Shown piece by piece: positions 40,331 through 51,909 of a DNA stretch of 64,000 nucleotides (position 1 is the first letter of the stretch; every line of letters starts with the position of its first letter). The notes beneath the pieces were generated by a model. The model did not search any database. It worked only from the letters and a program-made list of their open reading frames with translations, and was not told where the DNA came from. This DNA is from Vicugna vicugna. Lineage: Eukaryota. The stretch is taken from the NCBI GenBank assembly GCA_013265495.1, contig MU058337.1, positions 684,001 through 748,000 of the forward strand, written 5' to 3'. The position numbers and the translations under genes were made by a program.

Positions 40331-43300
40331 TTGGGAAAAAACCTTTTTATAATCTGCGCAGTCAGTACTTTCAAAGTAGGTGTTACTGAACTAAATAAAC
40401 ACTCTGAGTGTTGAGTGAACCACTGTACAGTTTTTCTGCTTTGAATATGGGATCCCTCATGTATCACTCATGCACTAAATTGTCTAAGCTGTGTCTGTCT
40501 GCATTGCCAAAACTACCTGTCAATTCGGAGAAAATAATCAGTTAAAACAGTTATTTGGTGTCAGGTAGGAATGAATTTCCTCTTTTCAACAGGTTTTGTT
40601 GGTGTCGTGTAGCTCAGACTAGAAAGAACATTTATTCCAGAAATATTATCCTTAATGGAAAACTGTAACACTCCCCTGGCTGGGAGACAGACGAAGGGCC
40701 CTGTGAGGGAATAATGAGGAGGAAATGAACATTGGCATTACAGTAAGCAAAAGAGACCTGCTTATTTTTTTTCTGCGTCTCATTAATAAACTTCGATTTT
40801 GCAGAAGCATTTTGTATAGACAACCAGTGCCTCACATAAAATGCAGCAGTAAGATATGTGGGAATGAAAGATGGGAAATTACGGTATTTCACAATATCCC
40901 TACGGTACTTTTAAGCATGTTCTGATATACAGCATCTTAAATAATTTTTGCATTAAATAAATCCCTTAATCGCTTGAGATGTAGCTAATAATTTGGAGTG
41001 GGTGGTTCCTATCTGTGCGCTGTTTTCTGCTAGATGCCAGGAAGTCGACGTCTTTTCTGAGTCACTAGAATGCTCTCCATTTAGCCCTTTTTATCAAAAA
41101 CATTGAACCACTTTTTTTTTTTCCCCAAGTTACATTGCCCTGGGTGGAGAAGAATCTAATGCCAAATCTACAAAAAGCTGCAAGTAGAGAGAAGTTAGAG
41201 TCAGGTGCTAGTGGAAATGTAACCTTTAAAGACAAGAAAAAGTGATACTCTGCATGGGAAGTCTGTGCCTGCACCAGCGTTGTTGGTAATTAATTCCCCA
41301 GCATTAATGACTGGGGCCCTGATAGGCGAAAGGAATTTCGTGCTTTTATGGTTAAATTAACGCATGCTGGAAAAAGTCGAGGGTCATGCAGAAGAAATCT
41401 ATGTGTTAAAAATTTGTAAATGTCTGTGGTTTAGCACATTTGAATGTGTTACTTTTAACTTTGGCCTGAATGTATAACCTGGCATTTATCTGGAAAATTT
41501 GGAACCAGAACATCTCTTTCCCTTCCTGCCTTCCTCTCCTCTCCTTTTTTATTGAGAAGATAAGAGGGATATTGATGATGGTGAACAAGCAGTCAGAGAA
41601 CCTGGTAATCAGAAGAGGAACTGAGGGAGGCTGGGAGCCAAGGTCAAAGGGCATAAGTATGAGCGAATCTAACTTTACAGTTTAATGATGTCTGTTCTAC
41701 AGCTTACTAGTCAAAGGTTTTATAGCAAAAAAAGAACCCAAGCACTTATCCATGAACATCCACACATTGAAATTCTCCACAGCTGTAAAAAAGAAAAAGA
41801 AAAGAATAAGAAAGAAATTGATTAGATTGTATTTTATCTAAGAAAGAGGGAAATGTGAATGCGTGTGTGTGTGTGTATCTGAGTGTGAAAGCAGAGATGT
41901 GTACTGTGAGGTGAGGATGGGTTGGTGAGTGTGAAGATTGAGGACAACAGAAATTAGAGTCAGAGCAAGACTTTTTAATCTATAATTTATTAAATCATTT
42001 TGATTTCTAAGTCACAGGAATGAAGTTTACTATCCAAACTAATAAAATTCACTTTAAAAAAGACAATCTTTATACCACCTTTAAAAATTATATTAGTCTT
42101 CTAAAATAAACAATAACTTGACTGAAAAAAACATTATACAAGATGACATTAGTTTTCTCAGAACTACAAATTGACAGCTCTGATTTCTTATCATTGTTAC
42201 CAAGAAACTCCAATATACTGTGGAAAAGCAAGAGTTATAATAAGCAACACAAATTTTAAGAGCTTTAATAATGTCTGCTATGATTTTTCACATCCTTCCT
42301 CCCCACTGACCACACAAGATATGTACTTACACTTGTATAAAGCACACACTGGCTTCATGGATTACATTAGACAGTAAAGCAGAAGAAAGAAATCTGACAG
42401 CTACTCTTTCCTGTAAGCACCTTCCGGTGTCTCACTAACACGCCTGAGCCTTCATGTCTTTGTACAGTGAGGATGCTTGTTCCTCTATCACTGCGTCATT
42501 CTCCCGCAAAGACTTAGTGCTGTAATGTTGAGAAGTCTTTCACAAATTTTGAAAGTCCTGTGCAGATGAAAAGCGGTAATACTGTGGTTATTTGTCACTC
42601 ACTGGACAGAAGTTGTGCTTCAATCAGCCAAGTGCACGTGTTGATGTAACAGATGCGCCCCCTGTGCATTTTCATCCACGGTCGCACTTTAAAACGCTAT
42701 GCGTGTCACCCTCGCTCCAGCTAGAAAATACTCCCCGATCCTTTCGGCCAAAACAAGTTCTTTCCTTCTATTCCTTGTTTAAACAGAATCTCGTCCAAAA
42801 GGTTCGTTCTGATTAACGTTGTCTGCTCTGTGTGGCCGCTTCATCTGCTTTAATGAATAGCTATCTGTGAGCATACCCTGTGTTTAGAAAGCTCAGGAGA
42901 TGCTGGGGGTGCAGAGAATCCATGCACCACACTCTCCTTACTTCACAGCAGGCAAGCCCTGTGTCTGCATTTCTACCGAGGTTTTGTGCAGTTGGCTTGA
43001 ACCATGCACACAGCAGAAAGAAACAGTGGAGCCATAGTACAGTTACCTTTATTTCACTGAAGGCTTTGGGATATTTTTGCATTTAGAATTCTTAAGCATT
43101 CAAAACCCTTCCAAGAGTGGTTTTAGAGATAGGGCTCAAGAGGAGTTATTTTCTAGTTTCTTTACCCTGTTCCAAAGCTCAGAAACATTCCCTTCCTGAG
43201 TGATGTAGGCCTTCCACTTAAACAATGTGACCTTGAGTAAAAAACAGTTTTCCTGGGAAAAAAAAAAGCATATAAAGAAAAGTTATTGTATGTTTGTTTC

Positions 43301-43623
43301 TTTGAATACAGATTCAGTCAATGAAAAAGGAGTCATGATAGGAGACATTAAAACAGTGGAAGATTTATAAACCCTCTAACTCCATTATATTCACAGGACC
43401 TGACAAAGACTAACTACAGCCCACAGAGCTGACTGCGTGTGTGGTGTAATCCATGCGCTCTGCGCAGTCTGCAGGGGGAGCCACCCGCCCGGGTGTCAAG
43501 CCCTCATGCTCCAGCTTGGAGCAGAAACCGCTGCGTTCTTAAGAGCAAGTCCTTGGCAACAGAGGAGCCTATTGCAAAAGTTCTTTTTCTTTTTTTATTG
43601 AAAACCAGTAATTTATATTTCAA

Positions 43624-44015
43624 TTTTCCCATCTTTTTTGAGATGTAATTGACATGGGACATCTGTAATTTTAAGACATACAAAGTATCAGTTTGATACA
43701 CTGAAATATTGCAGAGGCATTACCACCATAGTCTTAGCTAACACCTTCAGCATGTCACATAATTTCTTTTTTGTGGTGAGGACATTTAAGATTTATCTTC
43801 AGCAACTTTAAGTATACAATATGGTATGAATAACTATAATCACTATGCTGTACGTTTATCCCTCAGAACTTTTTCCTCTTATAACTGGAAGCTTTACCTT
43901 TTGACTGACATCTCCCATTTCCTCTAACCCAGCAACCACCCTTCTGAACTCTGTTTCCCTGAGTTCAGTGTTTTTAGATTCCACGTATAAGTGATATGAT
44001 ACAGCATTTGTTTTT
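43624..44015 (-). mobile_element. L1 3' end (L1MA9-like)
   Basis: 'gagatgtaattgaca...ttaccaccatagtcttagctaacacc...gtggtgaggacatttaagat...cttataactggaag...ttagattccacgtataagtgatatgatacagcatttg'. Confidence 0.85.
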
Positions 44016-47000
44016 GGTATACTGGCATCCTGTAGATTCTGCTCGTCAAATCACATTCGTTTGATGATCTCTACAACTTTGCATGGTGCAGTGAACTTGG
44101 TTCCCAGATATACGTGGTCTCATATCCATGTACTTTTTCACTTTGACAGAAAACTGCTGTAGATGGTATCAGCCATTCCCAGTTTCATTGTTGTAACTAG
44201 TTACTGTCATAGTTTCTGAAAACCACTCCCTACTGGGTGCTCTGTCTACAGTGAGCAAAAACACAGAGATTAAAAAAAAATGGAAATAGCTGAGCTATAC
44301 CTGAAATAGAAATAGTTTCTGCTGGTGGAGAGTAATTTGTTAATTGCATATTGACATTCTACCTGGACAGATGGATTTATAAATATCTGCGGTGAAAGCG
44401 GCCCCAGAGTTTTGTATAGAATATTTCTCTTTTGTCAGTAGCTTAGCTCTGAGGTAAGCAGGCAAATTGATCAGAGACAGAGCATCAGTGGGATGGAGTA
44501 ATCGTTCTCGGAGAAACTCTCTCGTGGGCATATTTCAGATCTCATTCCATGAATCCCAGCGGCGCCTCCTATGGAGAGGAAGTGTCATTCCCGTTGCACA
44601 CGCCGGAACTGACTCTTGCAGCCAGGAGGGAGATGGGGGCTTGGCTGACTCAGTCATCCAGGACCGCTCTGGGAGCAGAACCCAAGGGATCGGGTTTCAA
44701 CTTGATTTCTGCTCAGCAGGTCGGAGCCTTACCCAGACCCTCAGTGTAGCCCCTGTGGAGCAGAATGCTTCAGTTCTCGTGGGATTTGAGTGTTCGGTGT
44801 AAGAGTAAGGGTGACAGGTCAGAGAGCCAGGCGTCACATTCAGGCAGGCCCGGGTTAAATGTTTACCGTCCCCAAGGAACCAGAACACCTAGAAGCAGAA
44901 AGAAATAGCGCAGCAACTGTAACAGAGGGAACAACAATACAGCCACTTAAAGCGAGAGCCTGACAGCGCGGCATTTACAGGAATGGGGCCAGCCGGCGCG
45001 CAGAACCGCGCTTCTGATGACTCAACGATCCTCTCTGAGATTTTACTTCAGCCTCATTTAGCTTAAGAGTTCACCAAACAGGATTGTTTTACTGTCTTGT
45101 TTCTCACTTCTTGACAGAAATTAGAACATTTAACATTGTCACTAATAAAAGATATGAACCCGCATGTCCCTCTAATTCTTTTAACCTTAAGGAAACTTAA
45201 TGATACTAGAAAATGTTTATCAAGTCAAAGCTATAGTAAGAAAATACTCTTATCAACCTGGAAATATGCGAACTACCTAATAGTGGACTGCTGTGTTAAC
45301 ACTGTAATTTAGGACAGAAGAATCTGGTGGAATTTCAGGGGAGGTTAAGACAGTCAGACATAATTACTCACTTGAAGATCAGCCAGAACACTGCACACCC
45401 TCCATGATGGGAGAGATCGGCGGCAAAGCGCTCAGCACCAGGAGCCAGTTTGCTCTTAGCCACGAGTTCCGCTTGGCAGAGTGAGGCTCCCGGGACTGTC
45501 CATCAAGTGTGCGCCGTATTTGAGCTCAAAGTAAGCGTGGTGCCGTGAAAGCTATGATGAGGTGAATGGCAGGAGTCCTTCCCACTGAACTGAAAAGAGA
45601 GAGAAGGAGGGAGAGAGAAGCAGACAGAGAGGGGAGAGAGTGAAGGAGCAGAAAGGATTACTTCTAAGGGACCTAAAGTTTCTCTTCAAATAAACCAAAA
45701 ACATTTTGGAAAATGCAGAAATACACAGAGACGGTGATTATTTGCGATGAAGGGAAGCTTTGAGTTAGTGTCACGGGCAAATTTCTCTCGTGCCCTCCCC
45801 GCACAAGACTGTGCTAGATTTCTCTACCACATGGTCCTGCAGGACAGGACCATCAGAGGAAAAACGTGGTCAAGCTGGAAATACACTTGATCCATTGGAG
45901 CCGACATCTGGCATGATTTACTGGCTGCATGTCCTTATGTACTGAACATATATACTGATTGCCGTTTTATACCCCAAGTGTTCCAAAAGAAGATAGTGGA
46001 CAAGAAAGCTTATGCGCAGGGTTCTTACTGCTGTGAGAAAGTCGTTTTGTGCATCCGTATCAGAAGCCGCTGCCCATCTACCTGGGAATCCATGGATAGG
46101 GAACACATCCTCTGTTTGATAAAGGTGAAAAAAAAGGTTGCAGATAAAAAGTGTAGAATCCTGGTGAATATTTGTGAACAACAAAAATTGCAAAGCTGGA
46201 GGTTTTTCTGCTTCTCTTAGAATTTCCAGAGACACATACAATTAGAGATTACCATGTCTGATTCAAACAATAGCACATCGTTCCCCGCATACACTGTCTC
46301 TGTAGCATGTGATGGCTTTTTGTGGCTCTGGGTTGAAAGCCAGACATATCAAGGGTATTTCCTGCTTGACCAAATCATCACCATTCTTTTGGAATCCCTC
46401 CTCTGGCTCACCATCAAATTATGGTTCCAGTGTGGACTTTGGACTTCAGTGATAAGCTTCCTGGCTAAGGGTTGGCAGCTTTTCTTTTTTTTTTTTTCCT
46501 GTCCTAGAGGAGTGTTTTTTATTTTTTATTTTTTTGAACAGGTTTCAAACAGCACAATTGGGGATTATTCCATTTTAAAGGCCCTACAAAGGCAACTGAA
46601 AGTGCCAGGAAAAAAGAAAATGCTGACTGATGTGTGCCTGATTACTTAATAATGAACACACAAGAAGCAGGACGCCTGCTTCTTTCTAACTCCCTAGTCC
46701 GTTTCTGATTTGGGAAGTTTGACAAGAAAACAGGATGTCCAGGCATTAGAGCCTCTGAAATGTCCATATTGGCCTCCTCTGGAACAAATAGCTTCGGCTG
46801 CAGTAGTTTGGGTTAAGTCTTACCATACAACACGGCTACGTCAGAAGTGTAGACGGGACACACGAAGCACGCGCAGGCCCGCGGTCTTGCCCCCGTTCCG
46901 CCCGTAGCTCACGGTGGACGCGGAAGCAGCTCGCGCGTTCGTGTCAGTCCGTGGCAGGACTCGATGACCTCTGAGAACCTCCCAGTGCAAATGGCCTGTG

Positions 47001-47379
47001 ACTGTCTCTGGAATTCATTAGATGGTTAATATGTTTTCTTCTCTTTACGAATGTGACTTCAGTAAAAGATTGTATATTTGGCCATGATCTGATAAAGAAA
47101 AGCGCAAAGTGCGAAAGACTAGTTTACATTCCAAGGGAACCCAGGCTGAATTTTCTGTCATCCAGCTACCTTCTTTCCCAAATCCTTGTTGGCCGCCAGG
47201 GTACAGTGTGGGCGACGGTTTTGCTGTGAAGCAGTAAGATACTTTCTGATGGAGTAGATTGCTCCTACTGTCATTCCAGGTATGAGGCGAGGAGCCTCTT
47301 CTGGAGTGGCAATGCTAGGAAGAAAGAGCGGGGAGGATGGATGTAAGACGTATTTAGAAATAAATCAACAAGACTTCGC

Positions 47380-48330
47380 CGCTGTTGCCACATCTGAGCC
47401 CATCTCCAGACTGTCCACCTTGCTTCCGTCCCACCCCGGACACGCTAATCCTCAGGCTCCGCCCCCAGGGCCCTGGCACGAGTGAAGGCCAGCAGCCAGC
47501 CCTGCGGGCTGCACCTCGCATCCGGCGCCTCCCCGCGCCCACCGCCTCGCCCGGCGGCTGCAGAAGGGGTCCTGGGGGCTCCTGCTTTCCACTCTTGTCC
47601 TGGCGCTGATCCATTTCCCACACCACCGCCGAACGGTCTGTTTGTAAGTGTAAGTTAGCCCATGTCCACCGCCACTGAGAACTCGAGGGTCTTTCCTTTG
47701 CTCTGTGACAAAACTGGCCCTTCGGCCCTCGGACCCACGCCCCACCCCGCGGCCGCTCCCCGCCTTCGCCGCCCCTGGAGCGCTCTGCGCGCGCTGTGGA
47801 CGGCTGGCTTCTTCCGCGGCGCCCGGCCTCCGCTGGAATCCCCTTTCTCCACAGAGGCTCTCCCGCGCCGTCTTACTTTAGGTCCTCCTGTGTCTTCTGT
47901 CTCCGCCCCGCTCCGTGGCGCTTGCCACAACCTGCGAGTAGCCGTTAAGAGTGCCTGTGCTCCTTCGTTACTGTCCGCTCGATGCGAGCAGGGATCACGC
48001 TTGTCTTTGTTGTGCAATATTCTAGTAAATATGGGTTGAACGAGAAAATAACTATGTGGACAAAATGCACCTCCCGGTTTAGGTACCTGCGCCAAGCACT
48101 TCGAAGAATGAAATGCAGCGAAGTTTCCATGAGAGCAGGCGAGCACACGGGGCTGGGCGCTGCGGCTGTCCCGAGTGGCGGCGGGGGAGCGCCGGCCACC
48201 TACCCGGGAGCTGGGGCGGGAGCACTCGGGGGGGGGGGAAGCGGAGCCCCCCGCGCTTCCGCCGCTCCGGGCTCCTTTCCGCTTGCCACTCCGGGGCTGC
48301 TCCGTCTGCCAGGCCTTCCCGCCTAACGGT
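47380..48330. promoter_or_regulatory. CpG island-like GC-rich segment (possible promoter or enhancer)
   Basis: Dense CpG and GC content compared with the AT-rich flanks. GC boxes (ccgccc, ggggcggg) and a G11 run at 48228-48238. A smaller CpG cluster lies at about 46830-46965. No linked exon identified. Confidence 0.65.
47560..48045 (+). mobile_element. L2 3' portion embedded in the CpG island
   Basis: L2 landmarks in order: 'ctcctgctttccactcttgtcc', 'tccatttcccacaccaccgcc', 'cggctggcttcttc', 'ctccacagaggctctccc', 'gagcagggatcacg', ending 'taaatatgggttgaacgag'. Confidence 0.7.
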
Positions 48331-48885
48331 TCTCTGGGAAGACAGCTGAATGCAGTCAGCGGTTTGCACTTAAGAGATTCCTTTCATCTGGCATTTTTAA
48401 AAAAGGGCTCTGTATCACAAAGTATACCTGGATTGCTTCCTCAAATGGAAAGCAGGGCTTTCCAGATTTGCTTGGTTAAATTTAGAGGGACCCAAATATA
48501 TTCAAATTCAAGGAAGCATAATTTAAAATGTAAAGCACCTGATTTATTTGGGTTATTAAGTCCCGTGCCAAAAGGAATGTGTCTGTCATGGATTTATCTT
48601 GCTCAGTGTGTACTTAATTACATGTACTGGGGAAATCTGACTTCGTATATACCCTGGCATTTCCATGTTAAAAGAAATTTTTCAGAATGACTAAGCTCCT
48701 TGCCATACATGGAACAAACAATACTTGCTCTGTAAAAACTTTCGCTTTTCCATACTTAGATGTTTCATTTCTGTATTTCTACCCTTGGGTGACATCTGAC
48801 TATAAATCCAGTTTTGTTTTGTTTTGTTTTTTGCAGTCCAGGAAGAGGTGGACACAGCGAAGTGCTCTCAGAATTTTTTTTGCTG

Positions 48886-48908
48886 CCCCCACCCCCACCC
48901 CCACCCCC
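48886..48908 (-). other. G-quadruplex-forming motif (G5T)3G5
   Basis: The + strand reads ccccc a ccccc a ccccc a ccccc. Confidence 0.7.
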
Positions 48909-49233
48909 ATGGGCTGCAGTGGGAGGGCTCCTGGCAGCCTGGGTCCTGGCTTGTCCTTTTACTTCTGTCACTGTTCCCGGTGACCCCAGAGCACTGTGCG
49001 TCTTCTCATATGTCAGCCTGTCTGGCATTTGTTCTACAAAGGATGGGTGAAATAGCAGCTTCTGACATTTGCTCTGGAATAGAGGAAGGGAAAGGAAGCA
49101 TCTTGTTACCCAGGTAGCAGGTAGGTTCTCAGGTTTCCCTGAATTCTGTTTCAAAACCAAATTTGTATTCAGCTTTCAGGTAACATCTTTCCATCGAAAA
49201 AGAGAAGATCAGTGGCTTTGAAAGATACATTAA

Positions 49234-49364
49234 AAAAATCTAGTTACAACACGTAGGGCAAAAAAATGCTTAGCACTTGTTGAACTAAAACCAGCAAATG
49301 CTGCTGGGTTATTGTTCAGTGTGACGACATCAGTGTGTCTGGGAGATTTCTTTCCAGGAGTGTG
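49234..49364 (+). repeat. Direct repeat copy 1 (131 bp), flanking an L1 insertion
   Basis: About 85% identical to 50051-50180 by manual alignment (about 18 substitutions and 1 gap). Confidence 0.95.
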
Positions 49365-49378
49365 ATTCCTCATATGAG

Positions 49379-49764
49379 ATTGCTCATATGAGGAATCCAA
49401 AAAAGAAAAAGAAAAAAGAAAAGAAAAAGACAAATGAACATAAATATAAAACAGAAACAGACTCAGATAGAGAATACAAACCTGTGGTTGTCAGACGGGA
49501 GGGCGGTGGAAAGGGACAGACTGGGAGTTCGAAATTTGTAGATACTGACAGGTAGATATAGAATAGATAAACAAGATTATACTGTATAGCACGGGGAAAT
49601 AGATGCAAGATCTTGTGGTAGCTCACTGTGATCTACAGTGAAAAAGAATGTGACAATGAGTATATGTATGTTCATGTATAACTTAAAAATTGTGCTCTAC
49701 ATTGGAAAATAACACAACACTGTAAACTGTCTGTAACTCAGTAAAATAAAATTAAAAAAAAAAA
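49379..49764 (+). mobile_element. Camelid-type L1 3' end with poly(A)
   Basis: 'gctcatatgaggaatc...acagaaacagactca...gactgggagttcgaaatttgtagatactgacagg...gaatagataaacaagattatactgtatagcac...acacaacactgtaaactg' followed by an A tail. Confidence 0.9.
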
Positions 49765-50041
49765 CTCATGGACATAGAAAACAAATCATGGTTACCAAAG
49801 GGAGAGGGTGGGGAAAGGATAGTTTAGGAGTTTGGGATTAACAGATACACACTATTATACATAAAAGAGATAAGCAACAAGGACCTACAGTGTAGCACAG
49901 GGAACTATATTCAATTTCTTATAATAACATATAATGGAAAAGAATCTGAAAAGAAAAATGTATTTGCATGTTTATGTATAACTGGATCTCTTTTGCTGTA
50001 CACCTGAAACTAACATCGTAAATCAACTACACCTCAATAAA
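49765..50041 (+). mobile_element. Older artiodactyl-type L1 3' end
   Basis: 'catagaaaacaaatcatggttaccaaaggg...ggagtttgggattaacagatacacact...aacaaggacctacagtgtagcacagggaactatattcaa...gctgtacacctgaaactaac...cctcaataaa'. Confidence 0.9.
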
Positions 50042-50050
50042 CATTTTTTT

Positions 50051-50180
50051 AAAAATCTGGTTACAGCATATAGGGCAACAAAATGCTTAGCACTTGTTGA
50101 ACTAAAACTGGCAACTGCTGCTGGGTTGTTACTCAATGTGATGACATCGGGTGACTGGGAGACTTCTTCCCAGGAGCGTG
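50051..50180 (+). repeat. Direct repeat copy 2 (130 bp), flanking the L1 insertion
   Basis: Paralogous to 49234-49364; both share 'aaaatgcttagcacttgttgaactaaaac'. Confidence 0.95.
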
Positions 50181-50243
50181 CAGGTCATCAGGCAGACGGA
50201 CAGAATCAGGCACTAGAGGTCAGGTGCCCACTTTAAACCAAAG

Positions 50244-50246
<3 letters not shown>

Positions 50247-50278
<32 letters not shown>
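50247..50278. repeat. (TG)16 microsatellite
   Basis: Read directly. Confidence 0.95.
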
Positions 50279-50285
<7 letters not shown>

Positions 50286-50449
50286 GAATTTTTGTCTTAA
50301 CATTCAAATTTTCACTTTCTCTTCTTACGATCTTTCATTGTTGAAATAGATTTTTATTTTCCAGGAAGTGTATGTTTTGTAGATGCAGGTGTTAACTTTC
50401 ACATCTCCCCCTTCATCCTCATCAGTAGCATGGAAATCATGTGAGAAAG

Positions 50450-50690
50450 CAGCTGGCATTTACTGAGCATCCTCCGTGTAGCAGGCACTTTAGATGCGTT
50501 TGCTCCGTTAATCCTCATACGGTCTTGCGTGGAGTGTATCAGTCTGCCACTTTACAGATTAGGACTTGACAGAGTGGGCAGTATGAAATCCCAAGGGACC
50601 GTGGGGCTTTAAAATGGGAAGGCTGGAATTTTAAACTCAGGCCATGAGAGACTTGATTTAAGAAGTACATTCCACTAAGCAGTTATCATA
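50450..50690 (-). mobile_element. MIR SINE
   Basis: 'agctggcatttactgagcatcctccgtgtagcaggcacttt...ttaatcctcatac...ccactttacagat' is antisense MIR. Confidence 0.7.
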
Positions 50691-50839
50691 CGCATGGCTG
50701 TCTTCTAGACAGAAGATGTAAGTGATAGCGTTCATCAGTCTTGAGATGGTTTATGATTTAACTGAGCAGAGTGCACATCTACCTTAAGAGAAAAACAGTC
50801 CAAGATCCTAATTTCTAAACGTAGATGGCTAGTATAAGC

Positions 50840-50980
50840 CACTGCTTCCCAGCTTTTTCGTATCAGGGCACACAAAGCATCAGTGAGGCTGGCTTAGAAG
50901 GAAGTGGCTGGTCCCTGAGCTCCAGCCCACTGCCTTGAAGGTGGGGGGGCAATAAACTGGCACCCTTTGGACCTACTCTC
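50840..50980. mobile_element. Possible hAT-Charlie MITE remnant
   Basis: 'cactgcttcccagctttttcgtatcagggcacaca' resembles a Charlie-type terminus. Family uncertain. Confidence 0.4.
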
Positions 50981-51406
50981 TGACTGATGACTGACAATTT
51001 CATATTATGGACCATGGTTACCGGAGGAATTGAAGGAGGGAGGGCTGGAAGGAACAGGTGTTTTATGATGCAGGGGGTGGGTTATGAAACAACAATGGGA
51101 AGTGGACAAGAGGACAGTCGTGGAGAGAATAATTAGGCAGGGGGAGTAAGTTGGTGAACCTGCCGGTGATGTGCTCAGAGTACAGAGAACAGGAAAGGAG
51201 GGTAGCTTTACCGAGTACTGACTGCAGACAAGCTCTGTGCTTTTATAGAAGTAGATGCCTTCACAGGTATGATTTTTATCCCTTGATGGGAAAAAGATAA
51301 ATGCACACAGTGGTAGCTGAATTGAGGGAGGAAGAAGAGGAAGATGATTTATGTAGGCTGATTTTTGAAATCTTGGCTTCATGTTTAGGTGCTGGTGGTT
51401 AGAAAC

Positions 51407-51909
51407 TGTCTATTAAAATAATCAATAAACAATCAAAAGTAAGAACAGAAAGGAGTTTTATTTGAGCCAAACTGAGGACTAGCCCGGAAACCCACTTCCC
51501 AGATCACTGTGAGAAACTGCTCCGGAGAAGCATGGCTTCCAGCACAGTTGTACATCTTGTCAGAACAAAGAACATTAAACGAGTCAAGGATACGTTTTGT
51601 CAAGGTTTCACACACACACAAAAGACCAACACGAACCCAAATGGCCTTGGCACCTGGGAAGGGAGTCTTATCATCAGAGGAGGACCAGCATTGGCGTCCC
51701 AGGAAGGAGGGACGTTTAATCTTTATTTTTAACGTGAACATTCTTTACTTCTGGTCAGTGTGCTCCTTTCTTTAATAATTAAAGCAGATGGACAATGTAT
51801 GTTAGATAGACCACAAACAGGTTATTTTAGCTAGCATAAAATTCACGTTAGCTCAGGTAGAAGCCAGGATGACTTCCTTATATCTCAATAATGTGAATTT
51901 TTTTAATCA
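51407..51909 (-). mobile_element. ERV1-type solo LTR (camelid-like)
   Basis: TG...CA termini with 4-bp TSD AAAC (51403-51406 and 51910-51913). AATAAA lies on the minus strand near the left end ('ttttattt', about 51456-51463). Confidence 0.85.

Noticed and set aside
46028..46111. Minus-strand exon-like segment with a good acceptor and a gtaaga donor
   Set aside because: Neither open frame matches a protein I recognise and there are no supported neighbouring exons. It could be a lncRNA exon but is unsupported.
47282..48690. Cluster of overlapping ORFs on both strands
   Set aside because: Explained by stop-codon scarcity in GC-rich DNA, and partly L2-derived.
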